Of a DNA stretch of 64,000 nucleotides, positions 18,079 to 25,683 are shown one piece after another (position 1 is the stretch's first letter; each line of letters starts with the position of its first letter). This DNA comes from Bacilli bacterium. GTDB taxonomy: Bacteria; Bacillota_I; Bacilli_A; RFN20; CAG-826. The notes below the pieces were generated by a model that worked only from the letters and a program-made list of their open reading frames with translations, had not been told where the DNA came from and searched no databases. The stretch is taken from the NCBI GenBank assembly GCA_045628045.1, contig JAZQOV010000011.1, forward strand, positions 1 through 64,000, written 5' to 3'. Both the position numbers and the translations under genes were made by a program.

Positions 18079-20493
18079 ATGAATTACTTTAAAAACATCA
18101 GTAAAAACACAAAAATATTGGCGATTTTGCCGTCATTTTTCTTAACTCTAGTTTCGTTTGTCTCGATAGGACACGACAAAATATCTGAAGTAAAAGCAGA
18201 AGAAAATAAGATTTTTATAGCAATTGATAGCACAGAAGGAATTGGCTACATTTCGTCTGTCGATAATGATTTAATTCGTGGGACAAATTATTTTTGCGAA
18301 GTTGATCCAACTTTAACTCGTTCAGCGACAATCTTTTTACAAGATAAATACCAAGGATCCCAAGATTACTTAGGAGACATAAAAAAAGTCGTAATTTTAG
18401 ATAATGTCGAGCTTAATAACTGTTCCTTCCTCTTTGGAAATCTCGAAAATCTAGAAACTATTGAGAATTTAGGAAACATTAGTGTTCCAGTATGTTCATC
18501 TTTCGAATATATGTTCAGTGGTTCTCCAAAATTAAGAGAAGTGGATTTTACAGGTTTTGATGTTTCTAATTGCAGTAGTTTTAAAAACATGTTTTATGAC
18601 TGTGCACTTGAAACAATAGATTTATCTGATTTTGACACTTCAAGTTGTGGTGATTTCCACTATATGTTCGATTCATGTCGCAATTTAACATCCTTAGATT
18701 TATCTTCTTTTGATACAAGAAATGCTTCGTCAATGGTAGGCATGTTTTCTGGATGCTCTTCATTAGAATATCTCGATATTTCAAGTTTTGATTTATCAAA
18801 TAGCCCACGCACTGATGAATTTTTATTTGGCACAAAACCAAAAGTTATTGTTGCGCCTAAGTGTGTTCCGGAGCACGCAGTTGATAATATTGTTAAATTT
18901 GATCTTCCTCAAGAAACAGAAGAAAAACCTTACTATTATGATTATGACCTCAACACTTATGAGGAAATGGCTGAATCCAATAAATCTATAACTTATTATC
19001 ACCACTCATTAATACGTACGCTTGAATCTGCGTCGTTTACTTGTTCAAATTCTTTTAAAGAATACGAAGATTTAGATAATTTAGATATTGATGAATTAAT
19101 TTCGCATTGGGACTTCCTTTACGATACGCTTTTTGGATTTCTTCCAAAGAAAGACAATGAACCAATTTACACAATTTTAGAAAAATGCAAGGCTGACACC
19201 ATCAACGTTGAAGTAGGAAAATGGCTCACTATTTATGACAAGGTTTATCCACACTATTGCCATGCTTTACAAGAATGTGGTGGAGACTTTTTGAATAGAT
19301 GTCCAGACGCATTAGATCCTGATGGTCTTGTTCATATTGGAGTAAATACAGATGAAAATATTGGTTATCTTTCTTCTTTTGATACCTACGAAATCTTAAA
19401 ATCTGATTTGCGAACAAAAGTCGATTTATCCGTGAAAACCATAGGAAATTCAGTATTTTCTCTCTTAGATTCGAATGGATATGAAGATATTACTAAAGTC
19501 GTAATTCAAGATGAAATTAGTCTTTCGGATTGCTCAAATTTCTTTAAAGGTTTGACCAATCTTGTTTTAATTGATGGAATGAAAAAAGTAAATACTGAGC
19601 TCAACACAAAATGTATTTCAATGTTTGAGGATTGTTCTAAATTAGAATCTGTTGACTTATCTGCATTTAACACAGAGAAGGTTATTGTTACAGATTGCAT
19701 GTTTAAAGGATGCGTATCGTTAGGAGAAATTACTGGACTTTCTTTCACCTCAAAAACATTAGTTTCTATGTCAGAGATGTTCTCAGGATGCCAAGCCTTA
19801 GTATTACTTGATTTATCTAGTTATGATTTAACTAACGTAGAAAACACCTTTAATTGTATTTATAATACAACTCCTAATTATATTAAGACTCCAAAAGCGA
19901 TGCCTACTAAAGCAAATTGCGATATAGATTTGTATTTCCCTATGGGCATTATAAATTTTGGTTACTACGATTTGTCTTTTGCTACATACACCAAATTACC
20001 AAGTATCAATAGTTCCATTACATTAATTAGTGAAATCGGCAAATATGTCTTAGAAGATTTCTGTGATGATTTTGGTAAAGACACCGCGTATTATTGCGAT
20101 GCAAACGGAAATACAGCAGAAGCAAAATTAATTAGTCTTTGGGAAGGGCAATCTAAGGAATTCAATAAGCACTTTAAAGGTACTCAACACGAATGTTTAT
20201 TAGAATTCTTTGGGAAAGATAATTCTTCATGTACTAACACTTCATTGAAGAATTTCTCGGCAAAATATGACTATATTTACGGAAAATACCAATCATTTTT
20301 AGATGAACATGGTGGAGATTTCGCTAATAGATCAAAGCTTATTTCATTCCCAAATAGTTCAGCATTTATTCGTTTCAATCACACTACAAATGAGTCATCT
20401 GTTTTAATAATTTGTATTATTTCTATTGCTAGCGTTTCAACATTAATTTGTTTAGTGTTTACAAAAAAGCGTATTTCTGCTAAAAGGAAATAA
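18079..20493 (+). CDS. BspA/DUF285-type leucine-rich repeat surface protein with two-fold internal duplication
   Basis: MFxxCxxLxxLDLSSFDT repeats in two blocks; both halves start IxIGIxxxExIGYLSS-like and end GGDF(L/A)NR; signal peptide and C-terminal TM; TTGACT-17-TACAAT promoter places the start at ATG 18079. Confidence 0.85.
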   Translation: MNYFKNISKNTKILAILPSFFLTLVSFVSIGHDKISEVKAEENKIFIAIDSTEGIGYISSVDNDLIRGTNYFCEVDPTLTRSATIFLQDKYQGSQDYLGDIKKVVILDNVELNNCSFLFGNLENLETIENLGNISVPVCSSFEYMFSGSPKLREVDFTGFDVSNCSSFKNMFYDCALETIDLSDFDTSSCGDFHYMFDSCRNLTSLDLSSFDTRNASSMVGMFSGCSSLEYLDISSFDLSNSPRTDEFLFGTKPKVIVAPKCVPEHAVDNIVKFDLPQETEEKPYYYDYDLNTYEEMAESNKSITYYHHSLIRTLESASFTCSNSFKEYEDLDNLDIDELISHWDFLYDTLFGFLPKKDNEPIYTILEKCKADTINVEVGKWLTIYDKVYPHYCHALQECGGDFLNRCPDALDPDGLVHIGVNTDENIGYLSSFDTYEILKSDLRTKVDLSVKTIGNSVFSLLDSNGYEDITKVVIQDEISLSDCSNFFKGLTNLVLIDGMKKVNTELNTKCISMFEDCSKLESVDLSAFNTEKVIVTDCMFKGCVSLGEITGLSFTSKTLVSMSEMFSGCQALVLLDLSSYDLTNVENTFNCIYNTTPNYIKTPKAMPTKANCDIDLYFPMGIINFGYYDLSFATYTKLPSINSSITLISEIGKYVLEDFCDDFGKDTAYYCDANGNTAEAKLISLWEGQSKEFNKHFKGTQHECLLEFFGKDNSSCTNTSLKNFSAKYDYIYGKYQSFLDEHGGDFANRSKLISFPNSSAFIRFNHTTNESSVLIICIISIASVSTLICLVFTKKRISAKRK

Positions 20494-20518
20494 TTAAGTA
20501 ATATAGGAGGAATAAATA

Positions 20519-21436
20519 ATGAAAAATAACTTTAATAAGGCAGCGTTGTTATTACCAATTATTTTAACTTCGTGTTCTTTAGCGACTTCCGGAGAAAAAG
20601 CAAAAAATTTTTACGACAAAATTTGTGATGAGATAATAGAATTTGGAAACCCTAGAGATGATGATTTTGCTATTTCTTTCAAAGGTCGTTACAAAATTGG
20701 TGATGTCGAGATTAGAAATATTGACGGCTTTTTCGATGGTAGATTTATAAATATTATTGGTGATTATTATAACGAAAGACTGACCGCAAAATATTATACA
20801 TTTGATGAACTAGGCGAAAACGGATTGCCTTATCCATATACTTACTCATCTTTGTTAAATTCAGAAAATGAAACAGTTCTTGTTAGTAGAAGAAAACCAT
20901 TTGATGGAATACAAAATTATTGTGTTTTCCCGGACAAAATTGATGAATATAACGAAATTTACAATAATATTTTTAGAGTTTCGATATGTATAATGGAGTA
21001 TGGATTATTTGCTTCTGATCGTTATAGTGAAGAATCGCTCAAACAAGTTTTCTTGTTAGCTGATGAAGAAAGAATTGAATTTGATTTATCAGATCGCGTT
21101 AAGTATAGTTATGAAAAGAATGAAAATCTTGTTTTTACGATTTCTAGCGATTTAGATTCAATTGGGCCTTTTACTATTCTTTCTCCGGATCAATCAGTCA
21201 GATTTGCATATTGGAATAAAATGGCAAACGGACCGACAGGAAATTATTGGAAGAAAATCACGGTAGATAAGAAAACATATCAAGTTAAGAAAGTTGAAGT
21301 TTCATATAAAGGAATTGATACAAGATTATTACCAGGCGCGTCGACAGACTTTTATTTTGAATTTGAGCCTCGTGAGCAAAGCACTTCATCTTATAAAGAT
21401 CAATTTAAGATAAGTTGCGATTCATATTTTGATTAA
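20519..21436 (+). CDS. Hypothetical lipoprotein
   Basis: Lipobox LTSC; GGAGG SD. Confidence 0.7.
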   Translation: MKNNFNKAALLLPIILTSCSLATSGEKAKNFYDKICDEIIEFGNPRDDDFAISFKGRYKIGDVEIRNIDGFFDGRFINIIGDYYNERLTAKYYTFDELGENGLPYPYTYSSLLNSENETVLVSRRKPFDGIQNYCVFPDKIDEYNEIYNNIFRVSICIMEYGLFASDRYSEESLKQVFLLADEERIEFDLSDRVKYSYEKNENLVFTISSDLDSIGPFTILSPDQSVRFAYWNKMANGPTGNYWKKITVDKKTYQVKKVEVSYKGIDTRLLPGASTDFYFEFEPREQSTSSYKDQFKISCDSYFD

Positions 21437-21442
21437 GATAAA

Positions 21443-21470
21443 GCATCCTTAAAAGGATGCATTTTCTTTT
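21443..21470 (+). terminator. Intrinsic terminator
   Basis: gcatcctt-aa-aaggatgc followed by a T-rich tail. Confidence 0.75.
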
Positions 21471-21534
21471 TAAAAATGGATTTTTAGAAAATAATTAATT
21501 GAATCTTTGCATCAAAATTAGTTATAATATTTTT

Positions 21535-21609
21535 ACCACAATACACCTTATGGTGTGATTAGTGATTAAGATCGGTGTTTCGACCGCTTAGTGCGGTGCC
21601 GGTCTTTTT
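21535..21609 (+). ncRNA. Putative small RNA, orphan copy
   Basis: Own promoter; hairpin ACACC-UUAU-GGUGU; terminator AAGAUCGG..CCGGUCUUUUU; near-identical to 21804-21879. Confidence 0.6.
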
Positions 21610-21669
21610 CTTTCCGGATAAAGTTTATATATTGTATTTTACATAATATTATTCTTTGTTATAATAATG

Positions 21670-21734
21670 ATGCGGTTGCGATAAAAGGCTTATGCCTCGC
21701 AGTGCAATTAGGGCACCTTAATGGCAGCCTTTTT
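21670..21734 (+). ncRNA. Putative second-type small RNA
   Basis: TTTACA(21638)-16-TATAAT(21660) with TG extension; GC-rich structured transcript (AGGC-UUAU-GCCU hairpin, GGUUGC/GCAGCC closing stem) ending in a U-run. Confidence 0.5.
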
Positions 21735-21803
21735 CTTTTTAAAAATAATATTTTAGAAAATAATGAATTGAATTTTTACATCAAAATTAGTTATAATATT
21801 TTT

Positions 21804-21879
21804 ACCACAATACACCTTATGGTGTGATTAGTGATAAAGATCGGTGTTTCGACCGCTTAGCGCGGTGCCGGTCTTTTTT
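21804..21879 (+). ncRNA. Putative cis-antisense small RNA overlapping the 3' end of the 21828-22223 ORF
   Basis: Promoter 21768/21792, two hairpins and a U-run; overlaps the last ~17 codons of the minus-strand ORF. Confidence 0.65.
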
Positions 21880-22223
21880 CTTTCTAGATAAAGTTCATAT
21901 ATTGTATCTGACTTAAGAACATCCTTTTTGGACAACCCCCTTTTTATGTACTTCTCGCTATAGGTTTTCGCAGGGTAACTCCTAATTCTTTGTATAAAAT
22001 AACTCTGCAACGAATTATTTACTTTAAATGGTTTACATAACTTCGTATTTGCCTTGCCTTCCGAATAAGGCTTTGAAGTCAAAAAAACACTTGATAAGAT
22101 TAGCCCATCTTTTGTAGCTATAATTGCTTTAATGTGGCCATAATGTCCATGTTTATAATTATAACGAATTTGCCCAATTCTATAATTTCTTCCGATATTG
22201 ATTTTAATAATTTGTTTGCACAT
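21828..22223 (-). CDS. Basic 131 aa protein, possibly a MazF/PemK/ToxN-fold RNase
   Basis: AAGGAG SD and extended -10; motif order GQIRY..VFLTSK..QSYF.QRIRSY..GLSKKD resembles MazF GDIW..VPLTS..S.I..DQIR..G.LS..D (by eye only). Confidence 0.5.
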   Translation of the reverse strand: MCKQIIKINIGRNYRIGQIRYNYKHGHYGHIKAIIATKDGLILSSVFLTSKPYSEGKANTKLCKPFKVNNSLQSYFIQRIRSYPAKTYSEKYIKRGLSKKDVLKSDTIYELYLERKKTGTALSGRNTDLYH

Positions 22224-22238
22224 GTTGTTGTCTCCTTG

Positions 22239-22326
22239 GGCTCAAGAATATTTTACCATCTCTAAAGCAAGCCGATTCCCGTTTTTCATAACATTTTAAA
22301 GAACATAGTTCTTTCTTTTTAAAATT
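22239..22326 (-). promoter_or_regulatory. 88 bp promoter module, also found at 56814-56901
   Basis: About 12 mismatches in 88 nt by manual alignment; contains extended -10 TGnTAAAAT and palindrome AAAGAAC-N3-GTTCTTT. Confidence 0.85.
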
Positions 22327-22385
22327 CAACATTTTTAGAAAACAATGAATTGAATTTTTTCATCAAAATTAGTTATAATATTTTT

Positions 22386-22510
22386 ACCATAAAGAGTACG
22401 GCGAGGGACAAGCCCTATGACCCGTCAGCAACCTGCGTATAGCAAGGTGCTAAAGCTTGACTGATGGTTGTTTTTATTTTATAAGCCGTCAGTATCGATG
22501 GCTTTTAATT
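22386..22510 (+). promoter_or_regulatory. SAM riboswitch (SAM-I clan, P4-less / SAM-I/IV-like) with terminator expression platform
   Basis: P1 ACCAU/AUGGU, AAGAG, P2 with GAGGGA..CCC..UGA kink-turn, P3 AGCAACC..GGUGCU, pseudoknot CAAGC/GCUUG; downstream terminator aagccgtc..gatggctt-tt whose 5' arm can alternatively pair with ACUGAUGGUU. Confidence 0.85.
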
Positions 22511-22536
22511 TCTTTGTGGTAGATAAGGAGGCTTAT

Positions 22537-22791
22537 ATGCCACAGAAAACATTACAAAACGATCTTTACGTAGTCGTTATCTCTTCTAAAGAAGAAAGAG
22601 ATGAACTTAAAGCATTATGCGTAAAACATAACATTCCTCTTCTTTATCCAGAGTTATTTAAGGAAGAGGAGATTCATCACTTATGGGGAATCTCTAAAAA
22701 CGGTGTTGCTTTAGTGGGCACAATGATTGCAAGACATACACCTAAAGAGAATATATTTCATTCTGTTAAAGAACTGGAATGTATTCTCTAA
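22537..22791 (+). CDS. Hypothetical 84 aa protein under the SAM riboswitch
   Basis: AAGGAGG SD before ATG 22537; no recognised family. Confidence 0.7.
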   Translation: MPQKTLQNDLYVVVISSKEERDELKALCVKHNIPLLYPELFKEEEIHHLWGISKNGVALVGTMIARHTPKENIFHSVKELECIL

Positions 22792-23066
22792 TATCTTTTC
22801 TTGATAGAGAAGCGTAAGCAAGTTCTCGTATAACAAGAAAAGTGCGCTAAATTTCAATCCTTAAATGTCTATTAAATTAGCATCACGGTTAACACTTGCT
22901 CGTATTTACTAGGGGAAGCGGTAGTTATCTTTTCTTAAATTGCGCTATTTCCTGCCAATAAACAAGACTGGTTGTATTGGCTTTTTGTGTACTAAGAAAA
23001 GCAAATTTCGATATTGAAATACTGCATATTTTTTAGTAAAATATATTCAGTAAAAGAAAGGTTAAT

Positions 23067-24125
23067 ATGCACAAATTCAGTTATGATTTTATAAAAAATC
23101 AAATTTTAACCTCAAATCTTTTTTCGCTTTCAAGCATTATTATAGATCTTAAAGAAAAAGCATCTAGCAAAAAACAAAACAAAGAAAAACTTTTTAAAAA
23201 GCTTGAGACTATTGCAATTAAAGATTCTGTCGAAGCATCAAATGCAATTGAAGGAATCTACACAACTGGGGATCGTATTGAAGAAATTGTTGATAATGGC
23301 TCCACACCTCTTACGCATGACGAAGAAGAAATTGCAGGTTATAGGGACGCAATTATTTTTGTTAAAGAAAACTATCAATATTTAAGTTTTGATGAGACCA
23401 CAATCAAAAAACTTCATTCAATGTTATTTTCAAGGCATACCGGTTCACATAAGGGCGGTGAATATAAAAAAGAAGATAATATTATTGCGGAAAGAAACAA
23501 GAACGGAACAATAAAAAAAGTTATTTTTAAAACAGTGCCTGCTAAGGATGTTGAAAAGCAAATGAAAGAGTTTGTTTTGGCTCATCAAGTAGCGAGAGAC
23601 GATTACTCAATTCCTGGCTTGTTATTAATCCCGTGTGTTATTGTTGATTTTCTCGCCATTCACCCTTTTCAAGATGGCAATGGTAGATTATCTCGTTTAT
23701 TAATGCTTTTGCTTTTATTCAAGGAAGGCATTGATATTGGTAAATATATATCACTTGAAAAAATGATCAATGAATACAAGTTTAATTATTATGAATCACT
23801 TCAATCTTCTCAACTAGGTTGGCATGAGAACAAATCTAATTATCAGCCATTCATTGTGTTTACGTTTCAAATCATATATGAATGTTACAAAAAGATTAAT
23901 GAACGTTTCCTCATTATGACTAGCAATAAGATGAGTAAGAAAGAAATCATTGAAGAAACAATTAAACAAAGTTTAGTGCCAGTTTCAAAAGAGGAAATTC
24001 ATTCTTTATTTCCAGATATTTCTATTACTACTATTGAAGCTCAATTGTCTAATTTACAAAAGTTAAACAAGATAACTAAAATAGGAACATTTAAGAACGC
24101 TAAATATTTATATAACAAAAAATAA
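23067..24125 (+). CDS. Fic-family protein with C-terminal winged HTH
   Basis: HPFQDGNGRLSR; SNAIEG; C-terminal ISITTIEAQLSNLQKLNKITKIG. Confidence 0.9.
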   Translation: MHKFSYDFIKNQILTSNLFSLSSIIIDLKEKASSKKQNKEKLFKKLETIAIKDSVEASNAIEGIYTTGDRIEEIVDNGSTPLTHDEEEIAGYRDAIIFVKENYQYLSFDETTIKKLHSMLFSRHTGSHKGGEYKKEDNIIAERNKNGTIKKVIFKTVPAKDVEKQMKEFVLAHQVARDDYSIPGLLLIPCVIVDFLAIHPFQDGNGRLSRLLMLLLLFKEGIDIGKYISLEKMINEYKFNYYESLQSSQLGWHENKSNYQPFIVFTFQIIYECYKKINERFLIMTSNKMSKKEIIEETIKQSLVPVSKEEIHSLFPDISITTIEAQLSNLQKLNKITKIGTFKNAKYLYNKK

Positions 24126-24573
24126 TAAAGATAACATAACGACTTAAGATGATGTCTGATGACAATACAGGAATGTATGGCGATTCAGCACTTAATGTAA
24201 AGTAATCAATGAACTTTAAAGGTTCATAGATAAAATAGTTATTCTCCAAGCTAGAGGTAATTGGTAAAGAAGCATTCTTAAACAAAGAGTTAAATAAATC
24301 ATTAGAGATGTATCCACCTCTTTGAAGAATGTTTCTTGCATTTATCTTTCCGATTGTCATTGAGTCAATCCAAAAGGCCGGGGATGAACAAAGATTTTAG
24401 ACCCACCGATTTCGGGTGGTCTGAAGTGAAACCAGGTGAAAATGCATTTACTATGTCGCCGACAAGATGGATAAATTTAACAAACGCTAGGAAGACGGAA
24501 ACCTATAGCTTTTCTTATTATCTTAACTACTCCTAGCCTCCCTTATATCAAAAGGAAGGAAATATAAAAAAAT

Positions 24574-24617
24574 ATATCAAATTTGATATTGATTAAAAAT
24601 GTATATTTTGCTATATT
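24574..24617 (+). promoter_or_regulatory. Perfect 16 bp palindrome ATATCAAATTTGATAT abutting the TA operon promoter
   Basis: Palindrome 24574-24589; TTGATT(24589)-17-TATATT(24612) with TG extension. Confidence 0.7.
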
Positions 24618-24635
24618 AGTGATGAGGTTAGTATT

Positions 24636-25205
24636 ATGAGCAAGAAAAATTTAAAACTTAAATATGTAGTTCCTTATATGGGGTTAATTTATATACTTTG
24701 TTTTGATGACGGTTCTAGACGTGAACTTGATTGCAACATTCTCATCAAAGAAAAACCTGAATTTAACGTATTAAACAATAATGAAGTATTTTGGTATGCA
24801 ACAGTGGACCGTTTTCAAAAAAATATTGTTTTCACTGAAAAGCTATCTTTATCAATTGATGATGCTTTGAAATACAGCAGAGTTTACGATGTCAAAAAAG
24901 AAAATAAAAAGACCATGAAAATGATTTATAACATTGGCAGAGAAACACGCAAAAGACAAAGAATAACTCAGAATCAAATGGCGGACATGATTGGTGTGCC
25001 GCAAAGCTCTATAGCAAGACTTGAAAAAGGGGATCTTGATGTTCAATTATCAACGATTCTTAATTATCTTTCACCTTTAGGCTTGACTCTAGAAATTAGA
25101 GGTAAAGACACTCCTAACAAAACAACTTTAAAAGCAATGTTTGAAAAAGATCACAAAAAATCATTTAATTCAATGGATGAACTTTTAGCAGATTTAAGAT
25201 CATGA
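24636..25205 (+). CDS. Chimeric antitoxin: DUF2442-like + XRE HTH + DinJ/RelB-like C-terminal tail
   Basis: LCFDDGSRRELD..F..ATVD (DUF2442-like); RKRQRITQNQMADMIGVPQSSIARLEKG (HTH_3); TPNKTTLKAM..KSFNSMDELLADL (DinJ tail). Confidence 0.7.
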   Translation: MSKKNLKLKYVVPYMGLIYILCFDDGSRRELDCNILIKEKPEFNVLNNNEVFWYATVDRFQKNIVFTEKLSLSIDDALKYSRVYDVKKENKKTMKMIYNIGRETRKRQRITQNQMADMIGVPQSSIARLEKGDLDVQLSTILNYLSPLGLTLEIRGKDTPNKTTLKAMFEKDHKKSFNSMDELLADLRS

Positions 25206-25516
25206 TTTACGAAGTTAAAAGAACAAAACAATTTAAAAAAGATTTCAAATTAGCAGAAAAACAAGGTCGAAATCTTGAACGACTCATTGAGGCAATTGAT
25301 TTATTAAGAAAAGGTGAAAGCTTACCTGAAGATTTTCTTGATCATCCTTTAACAAATTTTCGTTCAAAATTTAGAGAATGTCATATTGAACCTGATTTTC
25401 TTCTTGTTTATGAAATTAGAAAACAATATTTGATACTTAAATTGATAAGATTGGGAACACATTCAGAATTGTTTGATAATAGCTCTTTAAAAGATATCGA
25501 TAAAAATAATATATAG
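25202..25516 (+). CDS. yafQ: YafQ-family mRNA interferase toxin
   Basis: TKQFKKD, DHPL, RECHIEPDFLLVY, LIRLGTHSELF; ATGA overlap with the antitoxin. Confidence 0.9.
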   Translation: MIYEVKRTKQFKKDFKLAEKQGRNLERLIEAIDLLRKGESLPEDFLDHPLTNFRSKFRECHIEPDFLLVYEIRKQYLILKLIRLGTHSELFDNSSLKDIDKNNI

Positions 25517-25683
25517 ATACCTATTCAAATTCGTGCCTTAGGAACCTGTCGATAATAAGAATTTTAAACGTGTCGAATTCGATGCGTTTAAAATTGCCTT
25601 TAAAAGTAACTCCTTTTTTTAATTATTAATTTCTCACAACGCATATTACGTAGAACATAAAATTATGTTAAAATAATAAAAGC

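Larger units (their letters stand above)
21465..22389 (+). repeat. Three copies of a ~70 bp promoter block (~21465-21538, ~21733-21807, ~22315-22389)
   Basis: Each reads ttttagaaaa..aattgaat..catcaaaattagttataatatttttacca; TTGAAT-18-TATAAT at 21499/21523, 21768/21792 and 22350/22374. Confidence 0.9.

Noticed and set aside
21591-21827. 78 aa ORF from the track
   Set aside because: No SD, GTG start inside a terminator hairpin, and it runs across promoters and sRNA; likely spurious
22298-22314. Canonical LexA (Cheo) box
   Set aside because: The spacer is 3 nt rather than 4 and the flanking C/G are missing; kept only as an unassigned palindrome
21465-22389. CRISPR array or type III TA repeat array
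   Set aside because: The repeats are ~70 bp promoters with unequal 200-500 bp intervals, no cas genes are present, and the RNA units lie downstream of and opposite to the toxin-like ORF rather than upstream in tandem
22795-23000. Possible gene remnant or ncRNA
   Set aside because: Short broken frames with no recognisable motif and no convincing promoter-terminator pair
24100-24540. ORFs 24100-24360 (-) and 24336-24536 (+)
   Set aside because: Probably a decayed gene fragment, but there is no SD or recognisable family, so it cannot be called
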